Assembly: GCA_965248535.1 (NCBI GenBank)
Contig: CBDFJR010000005.1
Span: forward strand, 288,001-352,000
Length of the DNA stretch: 64,000 nucleotides
Source: Phormidesmis sp.
GTDB taxonomy: Bacteria; Cyanobacteriota; Cyanobacteriia; Leptolyngbyales; Leptolyngbyaceae
Direction of reading: 5' to 3'
Shown: positions 22,468 to 33,385 of the stretch, one piece after another
Numbering within the stretch: position 1 is the stretch's first letter
How the letters are laid out: each line of letters starts with the position of its first letter
Program-made: the position numbers and the translations under genes
The notes under the pieces: model-generated
The model's database searches: none
Seen by the model: only the letters and a program-made list of their open reading frames with translations
Told to the model about the DNA's origin: nothing

Positions 22468-23229
22468 ATGGTTTTGTCACGATCTTCTGCCCATTTGCTA
22501 GTCTCTCATGGGAGTCGAGATCCGCGTCCGCAAGGGGCGATCGCTCAATTGGCTCGACGAGTGCAGGACAAAATGCAATCCGATCAGCCGTCAGCTTTAG
22601 TCGAGGCGGCTGTTTTAGAATGTGCTCCGCAGCCGCTCCATGAGCAGATTCAGCAGTTTAGTCAAACGGCGATCGCCCACGGCCTTCGTCACCTTCAAAT
22701 CGTGCCGCTGTTTCTGATTCCGGGCGTTCACGTCATGGAAGACATTCCCCAACAGGTGAAAATTGCTCAACAAACTTTGGGCGAAACGGTCACGATCGCT
22801 CTGTCTCCTCACCTAGGCACCCATCCCGGTTTAGAAAAACTTTTGGCGAATCGTCTGGCTCAATACACTGCCGATGCTTATATTTTGATGTCTCACGGCA
22901 GTCGGCGATCGGGCGGCAACCAGCCTGTTGAGTCGTTAGCCTCCAAGCTAGGCGCAGTGTCGGCCTATTGGTCAGTCGCACCCAAGCTAGAGACCCGTCT
23001 GCAAGAGTTGGTGCAGTCTGGATGTCAGAATGTTGTGATTTTGCCCTATTTCTTATTTGCTGGCGGCATCACAGACACGATCGCTCAAACCGTCGAGCAC
23101 TTGTCTCAGCAGTTTCCATTGACGCTTAACCTGGCAAACCCGTTAGAAGTCAGTGACGACCTAGCGCAATTGATTCTAGATTTAAGTCTGTCGTCACCTC
23201 AAGCGGCGATCGCAAATCTGTTGGCGTAG
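22468..23229 (+). CDS. Sirohydrochlorin chelatase (CbiX-like)
   Basis: HGSRDP, PLFLIPGVHVMEDIP, second HGSR domain. Confidence 0.9.
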   Translation: MVLSRSSAHLLVSHGSRDPRPQGAIAQLARRVQDKMQSDQPSALVEAAVLECAPQPLHEQIQQFSQTAIAHGLRHLQIVPLFLIPGVHVMEDIPQQVKIAQQTLGETVTIALSPHLGTHPGLEKLLANRLAQYTADAYILMSHGSRRSGGNQPVESLASKLGAVSAYWSVAPKLETRLQELVQSGCQNVVILPYFLFAGGITDTIAQTVEHLSQQFPLTLNLANPLEVSDDLAQLILDLSLSSPQAAIANLLA

Positions 23230-23359
23230 TTATTTTCTTTTCATTGGTATCTGAGACTGCAATTTTTAAGCCGCTAACTGTCTAGCGTTAATGATAGTAT
23301 TCACCAACTTAATTCTCTAACTGCCTTAATTGATGACTCTTAACTCTGATGTCGCGGCC

Positions 23360-24139
23360 ATGTCTAATCAGCTAAAGTGTTTGGGCAAAGTGTATCTGGT
23401 GGGCGCAGGGCCCGGCGATCCGGGGTTGATGACGCTCAAGGGCAAAACCTTGCTAGAGTGTGCCGATGTCGTGGTTTATGACGCTCTGGTGAGTGCTCCG
23501 ATTTTAGGCATGATTAATCCCAACGCCGAGCAAATCAGCGCCGGCAAACGGCGCGGCCGACACTCAATGGGGCAAGAAGAGATTACGCAAGTGTTGATCG
23601 ATAAGGCTCACACTGCGGCGATCGTGGTGCGTCTTAAAGGCGGCGATCCTTTCGTATTTGGTCGGGGCGGCGAAGAGATGCAAGACCTAGTAAAAGCTGG
23701 GGTGCCTGTTGAGGTGATTCCGGGCGTGACTTCTGGCATTGCAGCTCCTGCCTATGCGGGCATTCCGCTGACTCATCGGGCTTATAGTTCGTCGGTGACG
23801 TTTGTGACGGGGCACGAAGAAGCCGGGAAATATCGCCCTGCGGTGAATTGGTCAGCGATCGCTCAAGGGTCTGAAACGATCGTGATCTATATGGGCATTC
23901 ACAATATGCCCTACATTACCCATCAGCTTCAACAAGCTGGGTTAAGGGCAGACACCCCGATCGCTTTAGTGCGCTGGGGCACTCGACCCGAACAAGAAGA
24001 ATTGATCGGCACCTTGGGCACGATCGCCGCCCAAGTTGAAGCCAAAGGGTTTGGGGCACCCGCGATCGCTGTGATCGGCAATGTGGTTAACTTGCACGAA
24101 ACTCTCTCTAGCTGTCGCCCACAATTCTTGGGTGAATAA
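23360..24139 (+). CDS. cobA: Uroporphyrinogen-III C-methyltransferase
   Basis: LVGAGPGDP, RLKGGDPFVFGRGGEE. Confidence 0.96.
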   Translation: MSNQLKCLGKVYLVGAGPGDPGLMTLKGKTLLECADVVVYDALVSAPILGMINPNAEQISAGKRRGRHSMGQEEITQVLIDKAHTAAIVVRLKGGDPFVFGRGGEEMQDLVKAGVPVEVIPGVTSGIAAPAYAGIPLTHRAYSSSVTFVTGHEEAGKYRPAVNWSAIAQGSETIVIYMGIHNMPYITHQLQQAGLRADTPIALVRWGTRPEQEELIGTLGTIAAQVEAKGFGAPAIAVIGNVVNLHETLSSCRPQFLGE

Positions 24140-24201
24140 AGTTCTCTGACCTTGCTAGCTCCCACTATCATTAAACTAGAAAGGGCTTTTGATGGGTCAG
24201 T

Positions 24202-24624
24202 ATGTCTGCTAAAGATGCGTTTCATGAAGTCGTCAAAAAAGCATTGCAAAAAGACGGCTGGAAGATTACCCACGATCCCCTTTCAGTGCAAGTGGGCACG
24301 GTTGAAATGTATGTTGACTTAGGCGCAGAAAAGCTTATCGCCGCCGAACGAGAAGGTGAGAAAATTGCAGTTGAAATTAAGAGCTTTTCAGAGCGATCGT
24401 CTGCAATTTCAGCATTTCACACAGCATTAGGACAATTTATTAATTACCGAGCAGCATTGAAGCAAACAGAACCCGATCGAGTTTTGTATTTAGCGGTGCC
24501 GATCGTAGCCTATAAGACTTTTTTCCAGCTTGAGTTTCCCAAAATGATGATTGAGGAAAACAGAGTCAAAATGATTATGTACGATACGAAACGCGAGGTC
24601 ATTGCAGAATGGAAGAGAAACTAG
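24202..24624 (+). CDS. XisH family protein
   Basis: MSAKDAFHEVVKKALQKDGWKITHDP, AVEIKSF, FHTALGQFINY. Confidence 0.93.
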   Translation: MSAKDAFHEVVKKALQKDGWKITHDPLSVQVGTVEMYVDLGAEKLIAAEREGEKIAVEIKSFSERSSAISAFHTALGQFINYRAALKQTEPDRVLYLAVPIVAYKTFFQLEFPKMMIEENRVKMIMYDTKREVIAEWKRN

Positions 24625-24947
24625 CGCGATATCGGCAGATTGTGCAGCAAACGCTTCTAGACTATGCCAAAGTAAAACCCTCTTATGGTGACGTTGAGGT
24701 AGAAACAATTTTTGACACCGAACGTGACCATTATCAAATTGTGCACGTCGGTTGGAATGACGATCGCTTAATTCACGCCTGTACAATTCATCTCGATATC
24801 AAAGGCGGCAAAATCTGGCTCCAGTGGAATAGCACCGAACGAGAAGTTGCAGAAGACTTGGTAGAGGCTGGAGTGCCCAAAGAAGATATCGTGCTGGGAT
24901 TTCAAGCACCGTTCATGCGGCAGTTTACTGACTATGCAGTAGGTTAA
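24609..24947 (+). CDS. XisI family protein
   Basis: FDTERDHYQ, HLDIKGGKIW, GVPKEDIVLGF. Confidence 0.93.
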   Translation: MEEKLARYRQIVQQTLLDYAKVKPSYGDVEVETIFDTERDHYQIVHVGWNDDRLIHACTIHLDIKGGKIWLQWNSTEREVAEDLVEAGVPKEDIVLGFQAPFMRQFTDYAVG

Positions 24948-24977
24948 AAAAGTTCTCTAAGATCGCCATCCATCACC

Positions 24978-25462
24978 ATGAAAATCAGACAAGCTACTCC
25001 ACAAAACGCCTCTGAAATCATGAAGCTGTTCTATGAAACTATTCATGCCATTAACATCAGAGACTATTCTCAAGAACAGGTTGATGCCTGGGCACCTAAC
25101 ACAATGACCGTAGATAGGTGGGAAAAGCGACAAGACACGAAAAAACCTTTATTGCTGAAGACAACGGGCAAATTGTTGGCTTTGCAGAACTTGAACCCGA
25201 TGGTCATATCGGTTGTTTTTACACTCACAAAGACTTTCAGGGTCAAGGGGTAGGAATGCAATTATTAGATACGATCGTGACTCAAGCAACTCAAATGCAA
25301 CTCTCTCGCTTATCGGTTGAAGTCAGCATTACCGCCCGTCCCTTTTTTGAACATCGGGGATTTACGATCGTCAAATCTCAAGAAGTTGAGTGTCGCGGAG
25401 TCAAACTTCCAAACTTCGTGATGGAGTATTCTCTTCAGCGCCCTTGCAATATTAGAGAATAG
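24978..25462 (+). pseudogene. GNAT acetyltransferase (YafP-like), frameshifted at the A-run near 25140
   Basis: N-half DYSQEQVDAWA and C-half FIAED...FQGQGVG...SITARPFFE are in different frames; one extra A rejoins them. Confidence 0.8.
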
Positions 25463-25490
25463 AGAAGTCGGGTTATTAGGTTGCTAACTA

Positions 25491-26417
25491 TTGTCTTCTC
25501 AAATTGATCTCTCGGTTGAAGAAACCCCCGATCGCCTCGATCGCTATCTGTCCGATCAAGTCACCGATTTGTCGCGATCTCGCCTGCAAAAGCTGATCGA
25601 GCAAGGTCATGTGCAGGTAAATGGCGGCGTTTGCACCTCTAAAAAGTTAGAAGTAAAAGTGGGCGATCGCATTCAAATCGACATTCCCGACGCTCAACCG
25701 TTAGACCTGCAAGCCGAAGACATTCCCCTTGATATTCTCTATGAAGATGACTCGCTGCTGATTCTCAACAAGCCAGCCGGATTGGTCGTGCATCCCTCTG
25801 CTGGGCACGAGACAGGCACGATGGTCAATGCGCTTCTAGCTCACTGTCCGACTCTACCAGGCATCAATGGCGTGCAGCGTCCTGGCATCGTCCATCGATT
25901 GGATAAAGACACCACGGGCGCGATCGCTGTTGCCAAAACCGAGCAAGCCTTTCACCATCTGCAAGAACAGTTCCGCACCAAAACGGCACGACGCGATTAT
26001 CTGGCGATCGTCTACGGCGCACCGCCTCAAGAGAGCGGCACAATAGACCAACCGATCGGACGGCACCCCGTCGAGCGTCAAAAAATGGCCGTTGTATCCG
26101 CAGAAAAAGGACGACGAGCCATCACTCATTGGCATGTCAAGGAACGTTTGGGCAACTACACGCTGATGGAGTTTGAGCTTGAAACAGGACGAACTCACCA
26201 AATTCGAGTCCACAGTGCGTTTATGGGGCACCCGATCGTGGGCGATCAGGTCTACGGCTCTGGGCGCAAATCTATCAACGTCAATCTTCCGGGTCAGGTG
26301 CTCCACGCTTGGCGACTGCGGCTCAAACATCCACTGACTGACGAGTGGGTGGTGGCGATCGCGCCCTTGCCCGCCACCTTCATAAAACTGCTAGACGTGC
26401 TGAAGCGGAGACTGTGA
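25491..26417 (+). CDS. rluD: RluA/RluD family pseudouridine synthase
   Basis: S4 domain, NKPAGLVVHP, HRLDKDTTG, TGRTHQIRVH. Confidence 0.92.
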   Translation: MSSQIDLSVEETPDRLDRYLSDQVTDLSRSRLQKLIEQGHVQVNGGVCTSKKLEVKVGDRIQIDIPDAQPLDLQAEDIPLDILYEDDSLLILNKPAGLVVHPSAGHETGTMVNALLAHCPTLPGINGVQRPGIVHRLDKDTTGAIAVAKTEQAFHHLQEQFRTKTARRDYLAIVYGAPPQESGTIDQPIGRHPVERQKMAVVSAEKGRRAITHWHVKERLGNYTLMEFELETGRTHQIRVHSAFMGHPIVGDQVYGSGRKSINVNLPGQVLHAWRLRLKHPLTDEWVVAIAPLPATFIKLLDVLKRRL

Positions 26418-26487
26418 CTGAATTCCGGTTCTCGCGATCGCCGTATCCATCAACGTCAGACCCAGCCACGGTTTCAATCTCTCAGGG

Positions 26488-26925
26488 TCAGTTGGCAGGT
26501 TTGAGTTTGGTTAATTTGAGCTTAAAGGTTCCACCGGGCGTTTCGCCAAAGGCTTTAACGCGCACCACATAATTTCCAGATTTAGTAATGCGAGTAAACA
26601 GCAGAGAATTGGTCGTGCCATCCGGGCCGTCATCATTTTCAGCAACGGTTTCACCTTTGGCGGTCATCAACGTGACGATCGTGTCAAACGTGTCGGATGA
26701 AAGGTCGATCGAGACTTGATCACCCGACTGTAGCTGAATGGAATAATCGCGAGCAAAGTTTCCCTGACCCGTGGGAATATCATTTTCTGAGAGTTTATCG
26801 CTGACTTCGCTGCCAGGAGTCAGCAAAATGGGCAGATAAATTTTGTTTTGAGCGATCGCACCTCGATCAACGCCTATTCCTAACGCCATCACTAAACTGA
26901 TCCAAAAACGCTTCATCTCACCCAC
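26488..26925 (-). CDS. Secreted PPC-domain protein
   Basis: Signal peptide; DLSSDTFDT...AENDDG...NSLL. Confidence 0.8.
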   Translation of the reverse strand: MGEMKRFWISLVMALGIGVDRGAIAQNKIYLPILLTPGSEVSDKLSENDIPTGQGNFARDYSIQLQSGDQVSIDLSSDTFDTIVTLMTAKGETVAENDDGPDGTTNSLLFTRITKSGNYVVRVKAFGETPGGTFKLKLTKLKPAN

Positions 26926-27006
26926 AACCTAATTTTTAGTGATCTCGATTTAAACAAAAGACGCTCCACCGGAACGTCTCTAGGCAACCCGACCTGACGA
27001 CTGGGT

Positions 27007-27753
27007 TTAGCCTTTGACTTTGGCAAGGGTGGCTTCGAGATCACCCAACTCGACTGAGCCAGAAAACACGTTGCCATTCATCACAAAGAAGGGAGTGCCG
27101 TCAACGCCCAGCTTTTCTGCCATTTTTACATCTTGGGCGATCGCTGCCTCTGCTGCTTTGCCGCCCCGATCTTGATTAAATTTCTGCACATCTAATCCTA
27201 AATTCTTAGCAGTCTCTTGATAAAAAGCATCACTCAACCGCTTTTGTTGGGTAAATAGCGCGTCGTGATAGTCCCAAAATTTGCCTTGTTGCCCTGCTGC
27301 CCAAGCTGCTTTGGCGGCAGGCATCGCCTCAGCGTGAATCGTCGTCAACGGAAAATTCTTATAGACGAGGGTGACCTCATCTGAGTGTTTGGCCATAAAT
27401 TGCTTTAGCGTCGCGTGGGCTGCGCTGCAATAAGGGCACTGAAAATCTGAAAACTCGACCAGCACGACTTTTCCTAATTTTGCGCCCGTCGTCGGAGATT
27501 GACCAATCACCGCTTTGGGGTTGGTCTTCATGTCTTGAATAAACGCCTGCTGTGCGCTTTGCTGCTGGCTCTGCTGTTGCTTTTGATAGTTTCGCACCGA
27601 TTCCAATACGACTTCTGGGTGCTTGCGAATAATCTCTAAAACTTGCTGCTCTAACTGCGGACTAATATTATTGTCTGCTTTCACCGGGGCAGAGCAGCTA
27701 AACAGCGTCCAGCTTAAGAGCAACAATCCGGCTAGTTTTGATACTTGTTTCAT
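27007..27753 (-). CDS. DsbA/thioredoxin-like lipoprotein
   Basis: EFSDFQCPYC, GVDGTPFF; lipobox-like LFSC. Confidence 0.92.
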   Translation of the reverse strand: MKQVSKLAGLLLLSWTLFSCSAPVKADNNISPQLEQQVLEIIRKHPEVVLESVRNYQKQQQSQQQSAQQAFIQDMKTNPKAVIGQSPTTGAKLGKVVLVEFSDFQCPYCSAAHATLKQFMAKHSDEVTLVYKNFPLTTIHAEAMPAAKAAWAAGQQGKFWDYHDALFTQQKRLSDAFYQETAKNLGLDVQKFNQDRGGKAAEAAIAQDVKMAEKLGVDGTPFFVMNGNVFSGSVELGDLEATLAKVKG

Positions 27754-27856
27754 GAGCGATCGTGTCCTAGATTCTTTCACGTTCCCTTTCCCATTTGCCA
27801 AACCTTTCACCAGAAGATTCTAACTTTTAGATCTAACTGCTGCACAAAGTCTGAAG

Positions 27857-28318
27857 TCATCCCAAGATTGTATGACCATAAATCGTCAAATAAGTCTCGG
27901 TCGAGTTGATCGGCAGCACTCGTAAGGATTGATTTTGTAAGTCAAGCTCAATGCCCAACGCCTCTAGAGGAATCACCCCCAGTAAGGGATCTCCACCTCC
28001 TGGCAACTCCAAACATTCAAAGGTGCCTTCTCGATCGCCCAAAAAAATAGTGGCATCTCTAAAAATTCGAGCTTTGCCGATTCCCATTGCTGTTGAGACA
28101 TCGACTTCTTTAAGAAGTTCCAGCCCCAACCGATCAATTACGTCTCTTGGTAACGATAAAGTTGTTGCCCCAGTATCGACTAGAACTTTTTTGAGGGTCA
28201 CCGATCGGATTTGATCCTCTGCAATCACGCCTGCCTGAGCCAAAATCTGGTCGGCTCGATTGGTAACTACTAAGGTTGTTAAAACTTTGCCCATGTCAGT
28301 GTTAATTTCTATAGACAT
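27857..28318 (-). CDS. Clan AA (retropepsin-like) aspartyl protease
   Basis: LVDTGAT, PLLGVIPLE. Confidence 0.88.
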   Translation of the reverse strand: MSIEINTDMGKVLTTLVVTNRADQILAQAGVIAEDQIRSVTLKKVLVDTGATTLSLPRDVIDRLGLELLKEVDVSTAMGIGKARIFRDATIFLGDREGTFECLELPGGGDPLLGVIPLEALGIELDLQNQSLRVLPINSTETYLTIYGHTILG

Positions 28319-28427
28319 CTATTGACCTCCTAGTAATCCCTTAAAGCCGATAGCCTTATCGTAACGGGCCTACAGATTAGAGTGTCCTATACTGTAAAAT
28401 TGAACGCGGCAGCAGAGAGGACATTGC

Positions 28428-29879
28428 ATGGCATCCATTCGCGAGTTGCATCAACAACTCATTAATAAAGATCGATCGGCGGTTGAAATCGCTCAAGAAG
28501 CCCTCAATCGGATTCAAACCCTTGAGCCGACGCTGCACAGCTTTTTGCACCTTACGCCCGATCGGGCCCTCGACCAAGCCCAGCGAGTGGATGCCAAAAT
28601 TGCCGCCGGAGAAGAGATTGGATTGCTGGCGGGAATCCCGATCGCCCTCAAAGATAACCTGTGTACTCAAGGCATTCCCACCACTTGCGCGTCGCGAATC
28701 TTGCAAAATTTTGTGCCCCCCTATGAATCGACGGTGACGCAAAAACTAGCTGATGCGGGCACGGTCATGGTCGGCAAAACTAACATGGATGAGTTTGCGA
28801 TGGGCGGCTCAACCGAAACCTCTGCCTATCAACTCACCGCTAACCCTTGGGATGTGGGGCGTGTGCCCGGTGGCTCGTCAGGTGGCTCGGCGGCAGCAGT
28901 CGCGGCGGAGGAATGTGTGGTTTCTCTCGGCTCTGACACAGGCGGCTCGATTCGGCAACCGGCCTCGTTTTGTGGCATCGTCGGACTGAAGCCGACCTAT
29001 GGACTAGTCTCTCGTTATGGGCTAGTCGCTTTTGCCTCCTCGTTGGATCAAATTGGCCCGTTTGGGCGATCGGTGGAAGACACCGCGATTTTGCTCAACG
29101 CGATCGCCGGATACGATCCCAAAGATGCCACGAGTCTCAAGGTCGAAGTTCCCGACTATACGCAGTTTCTTACGTCCGATATCAAGGGCAAAAAAGTAGG
29201 AGTCATTCGCGAAACCTTTGGTGAAGGGTTAGATCCAGAGGTTGAAAAGACGATTCGAGCGGCGATCTCCCACCTCAAAGATCTCGGAGCCGAGATTCAA
29301 GAAATCTCCTGTCCTCGCTTTCGCTATGGCATCGCCGCTTATTACATCATTGCGCCGTCAGAAGCCTCGGCTAATCTGGCTCGCTATGATGGCGTTCGCT
29401 ATGGTGCCCGGGCCGAAGACGCTGAGAACTTAATGGATATGTATCTGCGAACTCGGTCTGAAGGCTTTGGCGCAGAGGTCAAGCGCCGGATTATGATCGG
29501 CACCTATGTGCTGTCGGCGGGCTATTACGACGCTTATTATCTGCAAGCCCAAAAAGTGAGAACGCTGATCAAACAAGACTTTGAGCAAGCTTTTTCTCAG
29601 GTGGATGTGTTGGTGTCTCCGACTGCGCCGACTACGGCATTTAAGATGGGCGAAAAGACGGCTGACCCGCTGAGTATGTATCTGACGGATTTGATGACCA
29701 TTCCCGTCAACTTGGCCGGGCTGCCGGGCATGAGTGTTCCCTGTGGGTTTGATGCTCAAGGCCTCCCGATCGGGCTACAAATTGTCGGCAATGTGCTGCG
29801 AGAAGACCAAATTTTTCAAGTCGCGTCTGCCTATGAGCGATCGACCGAATGGCACAAACACAGCCCTAAGTTGGACTAG
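28428..29879 (+). CDS. gatA: Glu/Asp-tRNA amidotransferase subunit A
   Basis: [37 protein letters not shown]. Confidence 0.98.
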   Translation: MASIRELHQQLINKDRSAVEIAQEALNRIQTLEPTLHSFLHLTPDRALDQAQRVDAKIAAGEEIGLLAGIPIALKDNLCTQGIPTTCASRILQNFVPPYESTVTQKLADAGTVMVGKTNMDEFAMGGSTETSAYQLTANPWDVGRVPGGSSGGSAAAVAAEECVVSLGSDTGGSIRQPASFCGIVGLKPTYGLVSRYGLVAFASSLDQIGPFGRSVEDTAILLNAIAGYDPKDATSLKVEVPDYTQFLTSDIKGKKVGVIRETFGEGLDPEVEKTIRAAISHLKDLGAEIQEISCPRFRYGIAAYYIIAPSEASANLARYDGVRYGARAEDAENLMDMYLRTRSEGFGAEVKRRIMIGTYVLSAGYYDAYYLQAQKVRTLIKQDFEQAFSQVDVLVSPTAPTTAFKMGEKTADPLSMYLTDLMTIPVNLAGLPGMSVPCGFDAQGLPIGLQIVGNVLREDQIFQVASAYERSTEWHKHSPKLD

Positions 29880-30147
29880 TGATCAGAAGTTTCAGGTTTT
29901 AGGTTCTTGACTCCTAAAACTTCTGCTCTAATTAACTCTAGCGGTTCAGAAAGCGAGAAACGTGATAGTCAAACCTACTCATGACTAGAGGTTTTGAAGT
30001 TCTATCTATCGTTCATTTTAGTATAGTCAGACTGAATTCAAAATCATTGAAAGTTCTGCATTAGGATTTTCCTTAAAGTGTGACTTGCTGCGTTATAAAT
30101 TTTTGCCTATCGAATAGTTAAAAGGCAGTAAAGGAGTATCTGCACAG

Positions 30148-30723
30148 ATGGTAAAAGGAAGAATAGAAGCCTTCAGCGACGGTGTAATTGCCATTATCAT
30201 TACGATTATGGTGCTCGAAATCAAAGTTCCTCATGGGAGTGATCTGTCAGCATTGCGTCCGCTGCTATCAGTGTTTCTCAGCTATGTGCTGAGTTTCATT
30301 TACGTTGGCATTTATTGGAACAATCATCACCATTTGCTGCAAGCGGTTGAATATGTCAACGGTCAGATTCTTTGGGCCAATCTGCATCTGCTGTTTTGGT
30401 TGTCGCTGATCCCCTTTGTCACAGGCTGGATGGGTGAAAATCACTTTGCTGCGTTGCCTGTTGCTTGTTATGGCGTGGTGCTGCTGTGTGCCGCGATCGC
30501 TTATTTTATTTTGACCAGAGTCTTGGTTGCTCACCACGGCAAACAGTCTGCTCTCGCGATCGCTCTCGGAAGAGACTCTAAAGGAAAAGCCTCGATCGGG
30601 TTCTACGCTGTAGCAATTTTGCTGTCGTTGATCAATCCGTGGTTGTCTTGTGCGCTCTATGTTTTAGTGGCGATTATCTGGCTGATTCCCGATCGTCGCA
30701 TCGAGAAAACGCTAATCTCCTAA
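30148..30723 (+). CDS. TMEM175-family potassium channel
   Basis: RIEAFSDGVIAIIITIMVLE, YWNNHH. Confidence 0.92.
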   Translation: MVKGRIEAFSDGVIAIIITIMVLEIKVPHGSDLSALRPLLSVFLSYVLSFIYVGIYWNNHHHLLQAVEYVNGQILWANLHLLFWLSLIPFVTGWMGENHFAALPVACYGVVLLCAAIAYFILTRVLVAHHGKQSALAIALGRDSKGKASIGFYAVAILLSLINPWLSCALYVLVAIIWLIPDRRIEKTLIS

Positions 30724-30791
30724 TCAGAGTTGTGTACTGGTGCAATTTTTGCGCGAGTACATAACCTGACTGTTATAAACAGTCCACCCTT

Positions 30792-31265
30792 CTAAAACGG
30801 AATATCATCGAGTTCGGGCTGGTCGATCGGGGCAGGAGTAGCCGAAGCCTTGGTGGTCGTTTTTGCCCTGGGAGTCGCCGCAGGCTTTGCCGTTGAAGTC
30901 GCCGCCGCAGGTTGGCTCACCGTTCCCGCAGTAGACGCGATCGCTGACGTGGTGATCTCGGCCCCATTCAGGGCGTAGATCTTCTGCACCGTCATTTCTG
31001 CCATCTTTTCTTTAAAGCCTTCAGGACGCTCGATCGTGCTCATCGTCAAGCGCCCGTCGAGAATGACGCGATCGCCCACATGATAGTTTGCCTGAATGTC
31101 TTGGGCCATGTTGCCCCACCCCACCACCTTTAGCGTCACCGGAGGCTCTTCGGGACGCAACCCTGCAAACTGGACGCGCATCTCAGCGATCGGCGTTTGG
31201 TTATCAGGCGTAAAGCGGAGTTGAGGCTCTTGAATGATCTCCGCCATCAAGATGCAGTTATTCAT
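30792..31265 (-). CDS. ssb: Single-stranded DNA-binding protein (cyanobacterial paralogue)
   Basis: PQLRFT OB-fold start; acidic DDIPF tail. Confidence 0.85.
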   Translation of the reverse strand: MNNCILMAEIIQEPQLRFTPDNQTPIAEMRVQFAGLRPEEPPVTLKVVGWGNMAQDIQANYHVGDRVILDGRLTMSTIERPEGFKEKMAEMTVQKIYALNGAEITTSAIASTAGTVSQPAAATSTAKPAATPRAKTTTKASATPAPIDQPELDDIPF

Positions 31266-31659
31266 GGGTTGTTCGTCCTTTGTCTGGGTCGATGGTCTTT
31301 TGTGAGTCAGCTAGTCTGCAAGTGAATTAGTCCGTCCTCACCGCCGCTTCTTAATTTTAACTGTTGGCTGATCAACCCTGCACATTTAACCCTGACTAAA
31401 GAGATCACCCGTCTGGGTAACTGCCGAAGCGATCGCTGGTTAGTTAACTTAGATGCAGCGAATTCTACTACAGAAAATTAATTTACTAAAGCACTTGGTT
31501 TCGATCTCGAAGCTAGTCTCAGGGCGCGACAGTTCGATTTTTACTCACCCCAATCGTCTGATGATCAATCTCAAAGCTTGTCTACAAGAGCTATTGACGA
31601 GGGCATTTGGATATCTCAGCACTGACTTAGATCTTGATACTCAACTAGGAGACTTAACG

Positions 31660-32904
31660 ATGCCAAATATCGTAATCGAATGGAACGGCGTTTATCTCAA
31701 TGCCATTCGCAACAAGAAACAAGACTCACCTGGCGGAATCGCTAGAAAAGGCGCAATGCTGCACGGCGCGATTTATGATGCTGTTAACTCGATCGTCAAG
31801 ACTCATCAACCCTACCTAATCAGCATTCCGGCTACGGATGGAGCTTCGATCGAAGCCGCCGTTGCTCAAGCCGCTTACCAGATTCTCACTCACGTTTACC
31901 CCGAACAGAAAGCCACCTTTGATTTGAGCTTGCAAGCCTCGATCGAACGCATCTCGGCGGCTGACAGTTCTCAAAACGTTCAGAACGGACGCATCATCGG
32001 CACTGCTGCTGCTTATGCAATGCTTGCTCATCGCACCAATGATGGCTCTGAAAATATGGATGCCTACACTCCGGGCACCAACGCTGGAGATTGGCGACCC
32101 ACCGGATCGGGAGATGCCGTCACGCCCTACTGGAGTAAAGTTCGTCCGTTTGCCATGCAGAAAGGCGATCAGTTTCGTCCCTCTCGACCCGCAGGTTATG
32201 CCAGCAAGCGCGACCTGTTGAGTAGCCCTGAATATGCCGCGCAGTTTAACGAAGTCAAGCGGTTAGGGTCAGCCACATCGGGCAGCCGCACCGCCGAAGA
32301 AACCGAGATCGCCTTCTTTTGGGCTAACGACTTAGACGGAACCTATAAGCCACCGGGTCAACTATTCCGATTTACACAGATTGTTGCCGAGCAGCGCCAA
32401 CTCTCGATCGTCGAAAGTGCCCGTCTGTTTGCCCTAGTTGGGTTGGCTCTCGGAGATGCCGGAATCGTCGCCTGGGATGCTAAATATTCCACTGACCTAG
32501 ATCTATGGCGACCTGAAACCGCCATTCACCTAGCTGATATGGATGGAAACCCTGCCACTGCTCCTGATACTGCCTGGGAACCGCTGTCGGTCGATCGGAA
32601 CGGCAAGCACTTTAGCCCCGCCTTCCCTGCCTACGTTTCAGGTCACGCCACCTTTGGCGCAACCCACGCAGGCATCATGCGAAATTTCTTCGGAACCGAT
32701 AATGTCACCTTTAAGCTCGAAACCAATGACCCCAAAGCTGACGGTGTGACGCGAGCCTTTAACAGCTTCTCGTCGGCGGCGTTGGAAAATGGCAGAAGCC
32801 GGGTCTACCTCGGTGTGCATTATCAGTGGGATGCCGATGCTGGCTATCTTTCTGGCACTGGACTAGCCGATTATGTGTCTGCCAATTATCTACAAGCGCT
32901 ATAG
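31660..32904 (+). CDS. Vanadium-dependent haloperoxidase family protein
   Basis: KY...WRP, PAYVSGHA, RVYLGVHY; AGGAG RBS before ATG 31660. Confidence 0.88.
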   Translation: MPNIVIEWNGVYLNAIRNKKQDSPGGIARKGAMLHGAIYDAVNSIVKTHQPYLISIPATDGASIEAAVAQAAYQILTHVYPEQKATFDLSLQASIERISAADSSQNVQNGRIIGTAAAYAMLAHRTNDGSENMDAYTPGTNAGDWRPTGSGDAVTPYWSKVRPFAMQKGDQFRPSRPAGYASKRDLLSSPEYAAQFNEVKRLGSATSGSRTAEETEIAFFWANDLDGTYKPPGQLFRFTQIVAEQRQLSIVESARLFALVGLALGDAGIVAWDAKYSTDLDLWRPETAIHLADMDGNPATAPDTAWEPLSVDRNGKHFSPAFPAYVSGHATFGATHAGIMRNFFGTDNVTFKLETNDPKADGVTRAFNSFSSAALENGRSRVYLGVHYQWDADAGYLSGTGLADYVSANYLQAL

Positions 32905-32912
32905 ACATAGGT

Positions 32913-32947
32913 CGTGTCGGGGCGTTCACCACCCCGACACGTTTTTT
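32913..32947 (+). terminator. Intrinsic terminator
   Basis: CGTGTCGGGG-N9-CCCCGACACG followed by T6. Confidence 0.8.
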
Positions 32948-33051
32948 AGAATTGCGGATTAAAATCGTGGATTATGAAAATATCAGTAATAAAGTCAAGC
33001 TAGGAAACGCTTGAGGCGACGATCGTCAAACATTTTGCAATCAACACAGTC

Positions 33052-33249
33052 ATGTCAGACCTTCCCCCTCAACTCACTCCAGCAGAACTGCATGAATGGC
33101 AGCAAAGCCTTGAGGAAGCGGATCGGCATAACATTTTTTGTCACTGCCGAGAGTGCGACTACGAATGGGTTGCCTCTAAACCTGAAACCTGTATCTGTGG
33201 CAGCAAACGTGTGGAATACATCGCCTGTTGGCAGTTTCCAGATGGTTGA
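33052..33249 (+). CDS. Small Zn-ribbon protein
   Basis: CRECDYEW...CICGS. Confidence 0.7.
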   Translation: MSDLPPQLTPAELHEWQQSLEEADRHNIFCHCRECDYEWVASKPETCICGSKRVEYIACWQFPDG

Positions 33250-33385
33250 GAAAGAAGGCAGGGGGAGGTTTCAAAATTCTGTGGTGTGGCTTTGCACCGT
33301 TTTCTCATTTTGAGCAGTTTTGTTTAAGCCACATCCGTCGAGAATCTTCGTGCTTGATCACAACCTAGGAGGAAAAGTACCGAGC

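Noticed and set aside
24202..24947. XisH/XisI as a heterocyst excision element
   Set aside because: No XisF recombinase or interrupted fdxN/nif gene is present; solo xisHI pairs are common.
31453..31659. 69-aa N-terminal extension of the haloperoxidase
   Set aside because: A good RBS precedes ATG 31660, and the family-like sequence starts there.
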